DNA of 18,622 nucleotides from Candidatus Geocrenenecus huangii (GCA_023254095.1 JALNLM010000005.1:37661-56282), one strand, 5' to 3'. Numbered from the stretch's first letter, positions 8,648 through 17,383 are shown. Program-made: numbers and translations. The notes: generated by a model from the sequence alone, not told the origin.

Positions 8648-9592
8648 ATGGTCGAGTTCGGTGTTCAGCTCTGGCTTGAAGAATACGACTATCATGCTTT
8701 AAGAAAGAATTGGAGAAAGGTCGAAGAGCTAGGATATAGCTCAGCTTGGCTCTATGACCATTTCTATCCTATGTATGCAGGATCTGGATTTAATATCCTT
8801 GAACCATGGACTACTCTTTCTATTCTAGTAAACGAATCCTCCACCCTAAGACTAGGGATCATGGTTACATGCAACTCTTATAGGAATCCCGCGATCTTAG
8901 CTAAGATTGCTGCGACAGTCGATGTAGTAAGTAATGGGAGGCTGGATTTTGCTATAGGTGCAGGCTGGTTTAAGGATGAATTTGATGCTTATGGAATACC
9001 TTTCCCGAATGCGAAGATAAGGATAGAACAACTCGACGAGGCAGTTGAACTGATAAAATCTATATGGACTAGTGAGAAAGTTTATTTCAATGGAAAATAT
9101 TATAAGGTTAAAGGCCTGGTCTCATATCCGAAGCCTATTCAGAAACCATATCCTCCGATCTGGATCGGCGGTAGTGGCAGCAGGTTACTAAGAGTGACCG
9201 CAAAACATGCAGACTATGCGAACCTCAATAATCTAAGTATTGAGGAATGCGAAGAGAAGCTCAAACTATTAGAGGAGAGGTGCGCAGAAGTAAATAGAAA
9301 CTTTAATGAGATCAAGAAGACGTGGCATGGATTTGCCATTATAGGAAATGAAAATGAGATAAGAGAAAAAGCCTCAAAATTCATTAAGGACACTAATATC
9401 TACAAAGTGAAAAGATCGACTGTGGAAACCTTTCTACGTAAAATTATTTCAGGAGATGTCGATGAATGCATTGAGAAGATTCAGAAGTACGCAGATCTAG
9501 GTATAACATACTTCATACCGCACTTCCTTTTCGATAAAGATTTGAAAAATGCTGAGATATTTGCTAAAGAAATAATTCCATCTTTTAAATGA
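8648..9592 (+). CDS. Luciferase-like monooxygenase (LLM) class oxidoreductase, probably F420-dependent; start probably 8648 (ORF track 8630)
   Basis: EELGYSSAWLYDHF, LEPWTTLS, LRLG.MVTCNSYRNPAILAK.AATVD.VSNGRL.FAIGAGW...EF.AYG.PF, PKP.QKPYPPIWIGG.G. Confidence 0.9.
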   Translation: MVEFGVQLWLEEYDYHALRKNWRKVEELGYSSAWLYDHFYPMYAGSGFNILEPWTTLSILVNESSTLRLGIMVTCNSYRNPAILAKIAATVDVVSNGRLDFAIGAGWFKDEFDAYGIPFPNAKIRIEQLDEAVELIKSIWTSEKVYFNGKYYKVKGLVSYPKPIQKPYPPIWIGGSGSRLLRVTAKHADYANLNNLSIEECEEKLKLLEERCAEVNRNFNEIKKTWHGFAIIGNENEIREKASKFIKDTNIYKVKRSTVETFLRKIISGDVDECIEKIQKYADLGITYFIPHFLFDKDLKNAEIFAKEIIPSFK

Positions 9593-10014
9593 CCAAGACT
9601 TGATTAGTGTTTAGCAGGTGAGGACTTTGTTTTTACTGCTTGACAACTCCATTGATGGCATGATACTTACAAGAAGGTATACCGAATACTGAATGAGTCC
9701 AGAGCTGTTTGAGAGATTAAAATAGGTTGGCCAGCACATCTTTTCATATTTTCCTGGATGTTAATGATTTGTCTCACTTCCTAGAAGAATGTTTCATCTC
9801 TTCTTACTACATGCTATTTTTCAACCCCTCATAGTTATTGCAATATTAGATTCAGAGATGACGACGCCATCCTCCGTGTTCTTTATTGTATCGGTCAGAT
9901 TTTTAAGTTCAGAAAATCTCTCAAAGAAAAAAGTATGAATCTAAGAGTTCGGGCAGAGTTAAGTCGATGCTCAGGAATTTGAAAAGTCCAGAGACAGGCC
10001 CTCTCCGAGGTCTT

Positions 10015-10397
10015 CTACTCTATCTGTAATGAATCAAGAATTATTTTTCCTTCATCATTACTAAGACTTAGTGTTTTTCTTTCAAGGAATGGGAATTTCT
10101 TAGAGGCTCTGTGATCTTGGAGAGGTTTACCCATTCGATTTTCACTTGAGAGGGGTTCTTCCTCCCTAAAGCATAGGGATCTATGTTCATTGTACCTTCA
10201 GTGCCAGCGATAAACGGCCCGTGGAGAATATCTGTATCAATGTTGTGGAGGAAGATTATATCTCCTTTCTTGACTTCTTTAACCTCTTTCCACATTCTTG
10301 CGGGAGCTCCTACCAGCTTCTTCTGGAAACATTCTTCCTCGATCTCTCGGTTACATGTAAATTTCCAATATCTTACACCCTCACTCAAAATTCTCAA
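10015..10397 (-). pseudogene. Stand-alone DCD (development and cell death)/EVE-like PUA-fold domain protein with a probable frameshift near 10105-10110
   Basis: F.CN....EECFQKKLVGAP......VK.VKKGD.IFL.N.....LHG.F.A...G.MNIDP.A.G...PSQV follows the DCD pattern. An alternative frame continues ASKKFPFLERKTLSLSNDEGKIILDSLQIE* to TAG at 10015-10017 (127 aa repaired, against 109 aa as read). Confidence 0.7.
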
Positions 10398-11117
10398 CCT
10401 CTGTATTACATGATGCGCATATCTAGAACTTAAGCATATAGTTTTTTTATAGGTTCTTTTGTTTCATCAAGATGCGGACACTATCCTATTACATGAAAAA
10501 CTTTGAAACGTTAGACTCTAAATAATGGTAAATGGATTATTACGAGCTTCTTACATCTTGCATAATATATTCATCCTTTGAAGATTTTGAAAGTGTGAGG
10601 TGAGAGAGGTCGAGAATCTTTTTATAGACATCATGATAAATTACACAATTTCTATTCGTATATTTTGATGCACTAGGATAAACATCTCCGATACGAGGGG
10701 AAAGATGAATAGTTGAATAATTCCAGGTTTTCATTTTCTCATTATAGAGCCATAAACGTTCTTCAAATGGTTGAGAACATTATTATCTTCTCCAAAGAGC
10801 GAAATTAGGTGATGATACAAATATAAAAATTAAAGGACGAGCTATAATATCCTGTCTCCGCATATTCTAGGCGCATATCATAAGTGAGGACTTGACCTGA
10901 GTAATTAAGGAACAACGTTATATGAAAAAGTTCTATGTGGATCCTTGTAAACAAAACAGAAAACATGCTCTAATAACTTTTTATCGTGGAAGCATCTAGA
11001 CTCATTAAAGGTCATGGAAGAATGAAGAGTTTTAATAATTTATGTCGGCTGTAGTCTATACTGTTTAATGTCTTAATCTTTATTTTCTTCTTTTTTACAT
11101 TATTCTAGGCGAAAGAT

Positions 11118-11921
11118 ATGAGTTTGAATATTGTAGTAGCTGTCAAATGGGTTCCCAATACTCAGGTAGTAAATATTGATCCTAAGACGGGGACATTGAT
11201 TAGAGAAGGTATACCGAGCATAATTAATCCTCATGATTTGAATGCTGTTGAACTGGCTCTACAACTAAAAGAAAGATATGGTGGAACTGTTACAGCAATC
11301 TCCATGGCTCCAACATCTGCTAGAGCTGGGTTAGAATTCATCATAGGGATGGGTGTTGATAGGGCCATACTAGTAACCGATAGAGTATTCGCTGGAGCAG
11401 ATACGCTCGCCACTTCATATACTTTATCGAAAGCAATAGAAAGACTGAAACCATTCGATATACTAGTCTTCGGTCAAGAAACCATAGATAGCTCTACGGC
11501 ACATATAGGTGCACAGACGGCTTCATGGCTGAGAATTCCCTACATCTACTATGTTACCGATGTTGAGTATCTAAATGGGGTAGTTAAAGTGAAGAGAAAA
11601 CTCGAGAAGAGGATAGAAGTATATGAGCTTCCAATCCCATGCCTACTAGTCGTAGCTATGAAGAGCAATGAGCCTAGGTCTGTCAAGTTATCCTACAAGC
11701 TTAAAGCTAAGATGGAGAACTGCATAGAGGTATGGACAAACAATGAGCTCGGATTGACTAGAGAATGCATAGGTCTAAGAGGTTCACCGACTAGAGTTGA
11801 GAAATCTATCGCTACACCATCCGTGCCGAGAAAGAAACAGAAATTCGATGGTCAAGATGTTAAAACGGCTGTGAAATGGCTTGTAGACAAGCTTGTAGAG
11901 GAGGGGTTGAAGATAGTATGA
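11118..11921 (+). CDS. etfB: Electron transfer flavoprotein beta subunit (FixA-like)
   Basis: IVVAVKWVP, REGIPSIINPHD..A.E.A, DRVFAGADTLATS, GQETIDSSTAHIG, GLRGSPTRV. Confidence 0.95.
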   Translation: MSLNIVVAVKWVPNTQVVNIDPKTGTLIREGIPSIINPHDLNAVELALQLKERYGGTVTAISMAPTSARAGLEFIIGMGVDRAILVTDRVFAGADTLATSYTLSKAIERLKPFDILVFGQETIDSSTAHIGAQTASWLRIPYIYYVTDVEYLNGVVKVKRKLEKRIEVYELPIPCLLVVAMKSNEPRSVKLSYKLKAKMENCIEVWTNNELGLTRECIGLRGSPTRVEKSIATPSVPRKKQKFDGQDVKTAVKWLVDKLVEEGLKIV

Positions 11922-12955
11922 GTACGGCGGGGATCTGTCCAGAATGGGATCTCATAATCAAGGATGAATGGCGTGGTGTATGGATATTTGTAGAGACCTT
12001 TGATGGAGAAGTGAATGAAGCATCTCTCCAACTTCTAAATCCAGGTAGAATGATAGCTGACAAGATCAAGGCAAAGCTTGTAGGAGTAATGCTCGGACAC
12101 AATATTAGGCACCTTGTTAGAGAGCCGATATATTATGGAGCAGATGAAGTTATCTACGTAGACGATCCTGCTCTATCAACCTATACCCCCGAAGTCTATG
12201 CTGAGACTCTAATATCTCTAGTTAGAAAGTATAAGCCTGAGATTATTCTAGCGGCTGGAACACTTAGAGGACGTGAGATGATACCCTACGTAGCCAATAT
12301 ATTGAGAGCTGGGATAACGGCAGACTGCACGGACTTCGACGTAGATGTGAATACCAGAGACTTGATAATGATCAGGCCGCCGTTCGGCGCAACCCTGCTA
12401 GCACATATAAGAGCACCTGAAAGGAGACCGCAACTATCAACTGTAAGACCGAACGTCTTCAAGCTTCCTTCTAGAGACGTTTCTAGAAGAGGAGAACTCA
12501 TCGAAGAGAAAGTAGATGTGCCTCCACCTAGGATAAAACTGATCTCAAGCGAGGAAGTAAAGGTCGAAGAGGTCCCGATAGAGAAAGCTGAGATAATAGT
12601 TTCAGGGGGTAGAGGGCTAGGCTCGCCTGAAGGATTCAAACTACTTGAGAAGCTAGCTGAGTTGGTCGGTGGAGTTGTTGCGGGATCTAGGAAAGCGGTA
12701 GATGCTGGGTGGATACCGCATGAGAGACAGGTGGGCCAAACAGGGAAGTCCGTGAAAGCATCTCTCTATATAGCTGTAGGGATCTCTGGAGCGGCGCAGC
12801 ATCTTTTCGGTATACGTGAGGCTGGAATAGTTGTAGCGATAAATAATGACCCCGAAGCACCCATCTTTGAGAATGCAGATTATGGCATAGTTGCAGACTA
12901 TAGAGAAGCGGTGCCAGCGTTAATCGAAGAAATCACGAATAGGAGAAGCAGGTAG
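11918..12955 (+). CDS. etfA: Electron transfer flavoprotein alpha subunit (FixB-like); start at ATG 11918 overlapping the etfB stop
   Basis: GVWIFVE, YGADEV, GITADCT, RP.FG, RPQ.STVRP, IIVSGGRG, GSRKAVDAGW...RQVGQTGK, LYIAVGISGA.QH, AINNDPEAPIF..ADYG; ATGA overlap at 11918-11921. Confidence 0.95.
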   Translation: MSTAGICPEWDLIIKDEWRGVWIFVETFDGEVNEASLQLLNPGRMIADKIKAKLVGVMLGHNIRHLVREPIYYGADEVIYVDDPALSTYTPEVYAETLISLVRKYKPEIILAAGTLRGREMIPYVANILRAGITADCTDFDVDVNTRDLIMIRPPFGATLLAHIRAPERRPQLSTVRPNVFKLPSRDVSRRGELIEEKVDVPPPRIKLISSEEVKVEEVPIEKAEIIVSGGRGLGSPEGFKLLEKLAELVGGVVAGSRKAVDAGWIPHERQVGQTGKSVKASLYIAVGISGAAQHLFGIREAGIVVAINNDPEAPIFENADYGIVADYREAVPALIEEITNRRSR

Positions 12956-13052
12956 CTATTCTCCAATTCGATATGTTGTGTCGTCTAGACATTCTTCTGA
13001 GAGATGACTAATATATAGAGGTTAAACTAAATATGAGTGAATGGTGTAGACG

Positions 13053-14648
13053 ATGCAGATGACCTTCAGCGACCAGTACCGTGAAGCTTGCAGAAAGATG
13101 GCTCTACAGATAGCCTCCATGAAGAAAGCTAGTATGAAAGATATAGAGAACGTTAAGCTCAAAGTATCTCAAGAATACAAACTCATTAAGGTCCCATCAA
13201 ATATAGAGATTCTTGATAATGCGCCGGCTGAGCTACTTGAAGAAGTTAGGAAGAAGATTTCGAAAAAACCTACGAGGCTCATATCTGGAGTAACAGTAAT
13301 AACTGTTGTTGCACCTATATACGAGTGCCCCCATGGCGGATGCATATACTGCCCTGGAGGAAAAAGTAGCCCTAGAAGCTATACAGGTAGAGAAGAATCC
13401 GTGGAGAATGCTTCGAAAGCAGGATACGACCCATATCTTCAAGTCTTGAGCCAAGTCAATAAGCTAGAGAGGCTTGGACATAGAGTGGACAAAGTTGAAT
13501 TGATATTTATAGGTGGAACGTTTAATGCGATGCCGCAGGGATTCCAGAGATGGTTTGTGAAGAGATGCCTAGATGCATTGAATAGGTTTAATTCTAGATG
13601 CTTTGAGGAAGCATTAGAGATAGCAGAGAAAGCGTCTACTAGAGTTTCAGGTATTACTGTTGAGACGAGACCTGACTGGGCGAAACAAACTCAAGCAAAC
13701 AAGCTCCTTGAATTGGGAGTAACAAGAGTTGAGTTGGGCGTACAGACACTAGACGATGAAATCTATAAACTAGTTAATAGAGGCCACACAATAGAGGACG
13801 TCGTTGAAGCTACACAGGTCCTCAAAGATCTAGGATTCAAAGTTGGATACCATTTAATGCCTAATCTTCCAGGGTCAAGCTATGAGAAAGACTTGGAGAT
13901 ATACCGCATTATGTGGAGAGATAGTAGGTTTAGACCAGACCTCATTAAGATCTATCCTACTCTAGTACTTCCAGACACAGGTTTATACGAATTATGGAAG
14001 AGGAAAGAATACAGACCATATCCAGAGGATGTTCTCGTAAAACTTCTAGCCGAGTGGCTTCTTGAAACCCCTCCATACGTCAGGATACAGCGTGTCCAGA
14101 GAGAAATACCTTTACAGATAACTATAGATGGAAACAAGATAGGGAATCTTAGAGAAAGAATTGAACAATACTTGGAGAGCCTTGGATTAAGCTGTAGATG
14201 TATTAGGTGTAGAGAAGTTGGTAGAAAGACTAGAATGGGAATAGAGATAAATCAAGAAAATATAAGACTAAGCATTCTAAAGTATAAGGCATCTCAAGGA
14301 ATTGAGTACTTCATATCCTATGAAGATCCCGTTACCGACGCTTTGATCGGGTTTATTAGACTCAGGCTACCATCTAAAGCATTGAGAAAAGAATTAGAGA
14401 ATGCGGCAATAATTAGAGAACTTCACGTATATGGTAAAATGTCCCCGGTCAAGCATAGGTCGGAAGACTCGTGGCAGCATAAAGGTTATGGATCGAGACT
14501 TCTAGCCAAGGCGGAAGAGATAGCATCAGTGGAACTTGGAGTAAAAAAGATTGCTGTAATTAGCGGAGTAGGAGTTAGAGAATATTATTATAGGAGAGGA
14601 TACATTCGTGATGGGCCATATGTAAGCAAGAGGCTCGATAACCAATGA
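13053..14648 (+). CDS. elp3: Elp3 tRNA uridine(34) carboxymethylation enzyme (radical SAM + GNAT/KAT)
   Basis: KP.R.ISGV, CPHGGCIYCPGG (CX4CX2C), GGTF, ETRPD, TRVELGVQT, KIYPTLV, CRCIRCREVG, RELHVYG, QHKGYG, ISGVGVREYY...GY..DGPY.SK. Confidence 0.96.
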   Translation: MQMTFSDQYREACRKMALQIASMKKASMKDIENVKLKVSQEYKLIKVPSNIEILDNAPAELLEEVRKKISKKPTRLISGVTVITVVAPIYECPHGGCIYCPGGKSSPRSYTGREESVENASKAGYDPYLQVLSQVNKLERLGHRVDKVELIFIGGTFNAMPQGFQRWFVKRCLDALNRFNSRCFEEALEIAEKASTRVSGITVETRPDWAKQTQANKLLELGVTRVELGVQTLDDEIYKLVNRGHTIEDVVEATQVLKDLGFKVGYHLMPNLPGSSYEKDLEIYRIMWRDSRFRPDLIKIYPTLVLPDTGLYELWKRKEYRPYPEDVLVKLLAEWLLETPPYVRIQRVQREIPLQITIDGNKIGNLRERIEQYLESLGLSCRCIRCREVGRKTRMGIEINQENIRLSILKYKASQGIEYFISYEDPVTDALIGFIRLRLPSKALRKELENAAIIRELHVYGKMSPVKHRSEDSWQHKGYGSRLLAKAEEIASVELGVKKIAVISGVGVREYYYRRGYIRDGPYVSKRLDNQ

Positions 14649-15775
14649 AGAAGATAATCATATCTTCGGCTACATTATCATTCATAGCATCGTACTTACT
14701 TCACCACCCAAAGATTCAGGGGTACATATACTCTGACATCGTCTCCTTCTGGTATAGACCTCTGGTGAGGGACGTTAAGATACCGTACATCCAAGAGGGG
14801 TTCGAGTACCCACCCTTATCAGGCTTGATAACCTACATCTCGTCACTCATCGGTCGGGGGGAACTGATACCTTACTATAATTCATTCTCTTTAATCCTCT
14901 TCGTATTCTACATGTTCCTAGTCTTAACAGTGTCGAGGATCATTGAAGAGAGAAGAAACTCATTCATCTATATCTTTATCTATCTCATCTTCGCACCGAC
15001 CATGATCTTCTATCTAAACTATAACTTCGACGTAGTCTTTGTAGCATTCTTGATCTTGTCGTTGATGTACTTCGAGAAAGGCAGGTATAAGCTTTCAGCA
15101 CTACTATTTTCCATCGCTACTCTCACCAAGCTGATTAACATTATACTTCTTCCAATACTGTTACTCCATATGAAAGACTGGAAGGATAGATTCTCCTACA
15201 TATTCTACTTCATCCTACCAGTCGCGATAGTCAACGTAGTGTTGCAGCTACTTAATCCAAGTTTTTTCAAGGAGACATATATTTACCATGCTGAATGGGG
15301 GCTTGAGAATGCTTGGTTTGTTTATCTATTTCCTTCGAGGGATTCATGGGATACAGCTAAACTATTCAGCGCTACTCTCATGGTTTACGGTTTGCTGAAA
15401 ATGTATGTAAGCAACATTGGAGACCTATACGAGAAGTCATTCATACTCCTATCAGTGTTCTTATTAACGAACTACGTTTTTACACCCCAGATGCTAATAT
15501 TCCTCCTTCCCTTCTTAGCAGTAATATCTAATTCTTTTCGGCCAATCTTTTACATCCTTGAACTTGCCAATGTAGGAATAATACTTACATGGTTTATGGA
15601 GGAAGATCCTCTTCTGCCTGGAACACTACCCCAAAACCTCGCATTGATAAGAGCCGCCACACTACTATACATGTTGACCGAAACCTATCTAAAGGCTTCT
15701 GGGAAGAAAATGAACATTCAAGGACTGGTTAAGCCTTTACTGAAGACAAGGGTTGTAAAAGGAGGGGACGAATAG
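14645..15775 (+). CDS. Polytopic membrane GT-C fold glycosyltransferase, GT87/DUF2029-like
   Basis: YSDI..F near the N-terminus, PY...FEYPPLSG, NFDV, A.LTK, FTPQ, many hydrophobic helices; ATGA overlap with the elp3 stop. Confidence 0.7.
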   Translation: MKKIIISSATLSFIASYLLHHPKIQGYIYSDIVSFWYRPLVRDVKIPYIQEGFEYPPLSGLITYISSLIGRGELIPYYNSFSLILFVFYMFLVLTVSRIIEERRNSFIYIFIYLIFAPTMIFYLNYNFDVVFVAFLILSLMYFEKGRYKLSALLFSIATLTKLINIILLPILLLHMKDWKDRFSYIFYFILPVAIVNVVLQLLNPSFFKETYIYHAEWGLENAWFVYLFPSRDSWDTAKLFSATLMVYGLLKMYVSNIGDLYEKSFILLSVFLLTNYVFTPQMLIFLLPFLAVISNSFRPIFYILELANVGIILTWFMEEDPLLPGTLPQNLALIRAATLLYMLTETYLKASGKKMNIQGLVKPLLKTRVVKGGDE

Positions 15776-15836
15776 AGATAATGTAATATCCTAGAATTTA
15801 ATATCCTAGTATTATTCATATAATGGTGGAGATTTT

Positions 15837-17129
15837 ATGATTCCAGCTTTTCTTAGGAAGTATCTAGGTGAGCTAGATCTCCAACTGGTTTGCTTATCAA
15901 TTATAATCCTAGTCATGAAGTTACTGATAATGAGTGAGCCTTGGCCTAAGCTTCCACCATCTGAATGCATTGACCCACCATTTCCGACAGATTGCGCATT
16001 CATCTTTGACGAAGCCCACTACATTCCAGCGGCTCGTAAAATGCTTATGGGGATGTCTGTGAATAATGAGCATCCACCTCTTTCTAAGGCATTGATAATG
16101 CTCGGGATACTTTTGTTCGGAGATAACCCGATAGGGTGGAGGATCTTTATGGCCATTTCTGGAGCAGTATCAGTATACCTGCTAGGCAAGATCGCCAACA
16201 TAGTTTTAAAGAATAACGTCCTAGCCTTATGTTCATCCATACTATTCGCATGTGATATTACCTCATTCAATCTCAGCTCGATGGCGATTCTAGATGCTCC
16301 CGCCATGATGTTCAGCTTGCTATCAGTATTACTTTTTCTTCGAAGTAGATATTTCTTCTCAGGTATAGCTTTCGGCTTCTCACTACTATGCAAGGTCTCC
16401 AGCGTATTCATATTGCTTGGTCTGTTATTGTATTATTTTCTGAAGATGTCTTACCTCCAGGAAAGGCTGATAGATGCGGTTAGAGAGACTTTGAAGATTA
16501 TTGAGAAGATGGCCATAATCTCTCTGATAATCTTGATAGCCGGCCTCTCAGTATATGATTACTCTTTTAAAGCTTATTCTACGCCATTCGAACATCTAGA
16601 CTACATGCTGAACTACCATACAATATTAACATTCAAGGAAGGAGACGTTGTCCATATGCCTCTTACTTGGGCTAACCCTATTATGCCTTACCCACGTGAA
16701 TCATACTTCGTTGTAACAGTAACTGTTGATGGTAAGGAATATCATCCAGTAGCTTACTACGGTATGCAGTCACCTTTATGGTGGATGACCTGGCTTGTAC
16801 TCGCGTTCTCAATCTATTCATCTACAATCTCATTAAAGAAGAGGCTCTTTCCAGATAACGAGATACTAATACTTTCATGGATCACTCTAACCTATATAAT
16901 CTTCTTCCCTCTAGCGTATATTCTACACAGATGGGTCTATCCATTCTACTTCTATTCGACAGTACCGATACTGGCTATAGGATTACCACATATACTAAGC
17001 GAAGATAGATTCTCTAAGGCTATGCTATATTTCATGGTTGGAGTACAGGTAGTATGGTTCATAGTGTGGTTCCCAGTCAAACCTCAATGGCTTATAGACC
17101 TACTGCTCTCAGTAGGTTTACCCGCATAG
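15837..17129 (+). CDS. Lipid-phosphate-sugar-dependent glycosyltransferase, PMT/GT39 (protein O-mannosyltransferase-like)
   Basis: FIFDEAHY.PAAR (DE motif), NNEHPPLSK.LI..G..LFGDNP.GWR, S.MAILD, CKVS, R..Y.FYF; many TM helices. Confidence 0.82.
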   Translation: MIPAFLRKYLGELDLQLVCLSIIILVMKLLIMSEPWPKLPPSECIDPPFPTDCAFIFDEAHYIPAARKMLMGMSVNNEHPPLSKALIMLGILLFGDNPIGWRIFMAISGAVSVYLLGKIANIVLKNNVLALCSSILFACDITSFNLSSMAILDAPAMMFSLLSVLLFLRSRYFFSGIAFGFSLLCKVSSVFILLGLLLYYFLKMSYLQERLIDAVRETLKIIEKMAIISLIILIAGLSVYDYSFKAYSTPFEHLDYMLNYHTILTFKEGDVVHMPLTWANPIMPYPRESYFVVTVTVDGKEYHPVAYYGMQSPLWWMTWLVLAFSIYSSTISLKKRLFPDNEILILSWITLTYIIFFPLAYILHRWVYPFYFYSTVPILAIGLPHILSEDRFSKAMLYFMVGVQVVWFIVWFPVKPQWLIDLLLSVGLPA

Positions 17130-17307
17130 ATGACGAAAAGAGGTAATCAGTAGAACGGCTAATCTCTGCAAGAAGTATAGCCGCCGACTTTCAGCCAGCA
17201 ATACCTTACATAAATAAACATTCACAAATCTTTCTATTCCTCACCTAGAGGATACCGCTCTTAATTCAGTTAAACCATACTCATCGAAATAAACTAGTAT
17301 ACGCCGT

Positions 17308-17340
17308 CCAGTATTTAGAACGCTTCATTCTAAGAACTGG
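17308..17340. repeat. Imperfect inverted repeat (13-bp arms, 7-nt spacer) upstream of the DUF4349 gene
   Basis: CCAGTATTTAGAA-cgcttca-TTCTAAGAACTGG; 11/13 Watson-Crick pairs plus one G-U. Confidence 0.6.
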
Positions 17341-17383
17341 TATTTTATTGTGCATAACCGATTATTTTTCACAGGGATGTAAG

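Noticed and set aside
10183-10433. + strand ORFs 10183..10413 and 10221..10433
   Set aside because: Antisense to the DCD-domain gene
10540-10734. 64-aa minus-strand ORF upstream of the DCD gene
   Set aside because: No motif or clear expression signal; cannot be supported as a gene, though not excluded
10863-11111. 11-bp repeat TATTCTAGGCG at 10863 and 11101
   Set aside because: Only two copies; matches of this length are expected by chance in 18 kb; not CRISPR-like
11876-11917. N-terminal extension MACRQACRGGVEDS of etfA in the ORF track
   Set aside because: Overlaps etfB; the ATGA-coupled start at 11918 is more plausible
15785-15809. AATATCCTAG direct repeat (2 copies) before the PMT-like gene; similarly AAGTGATG twice at 2233-2259
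   Set aside because: Short, two copies only, AT-rich context; no evidence of function
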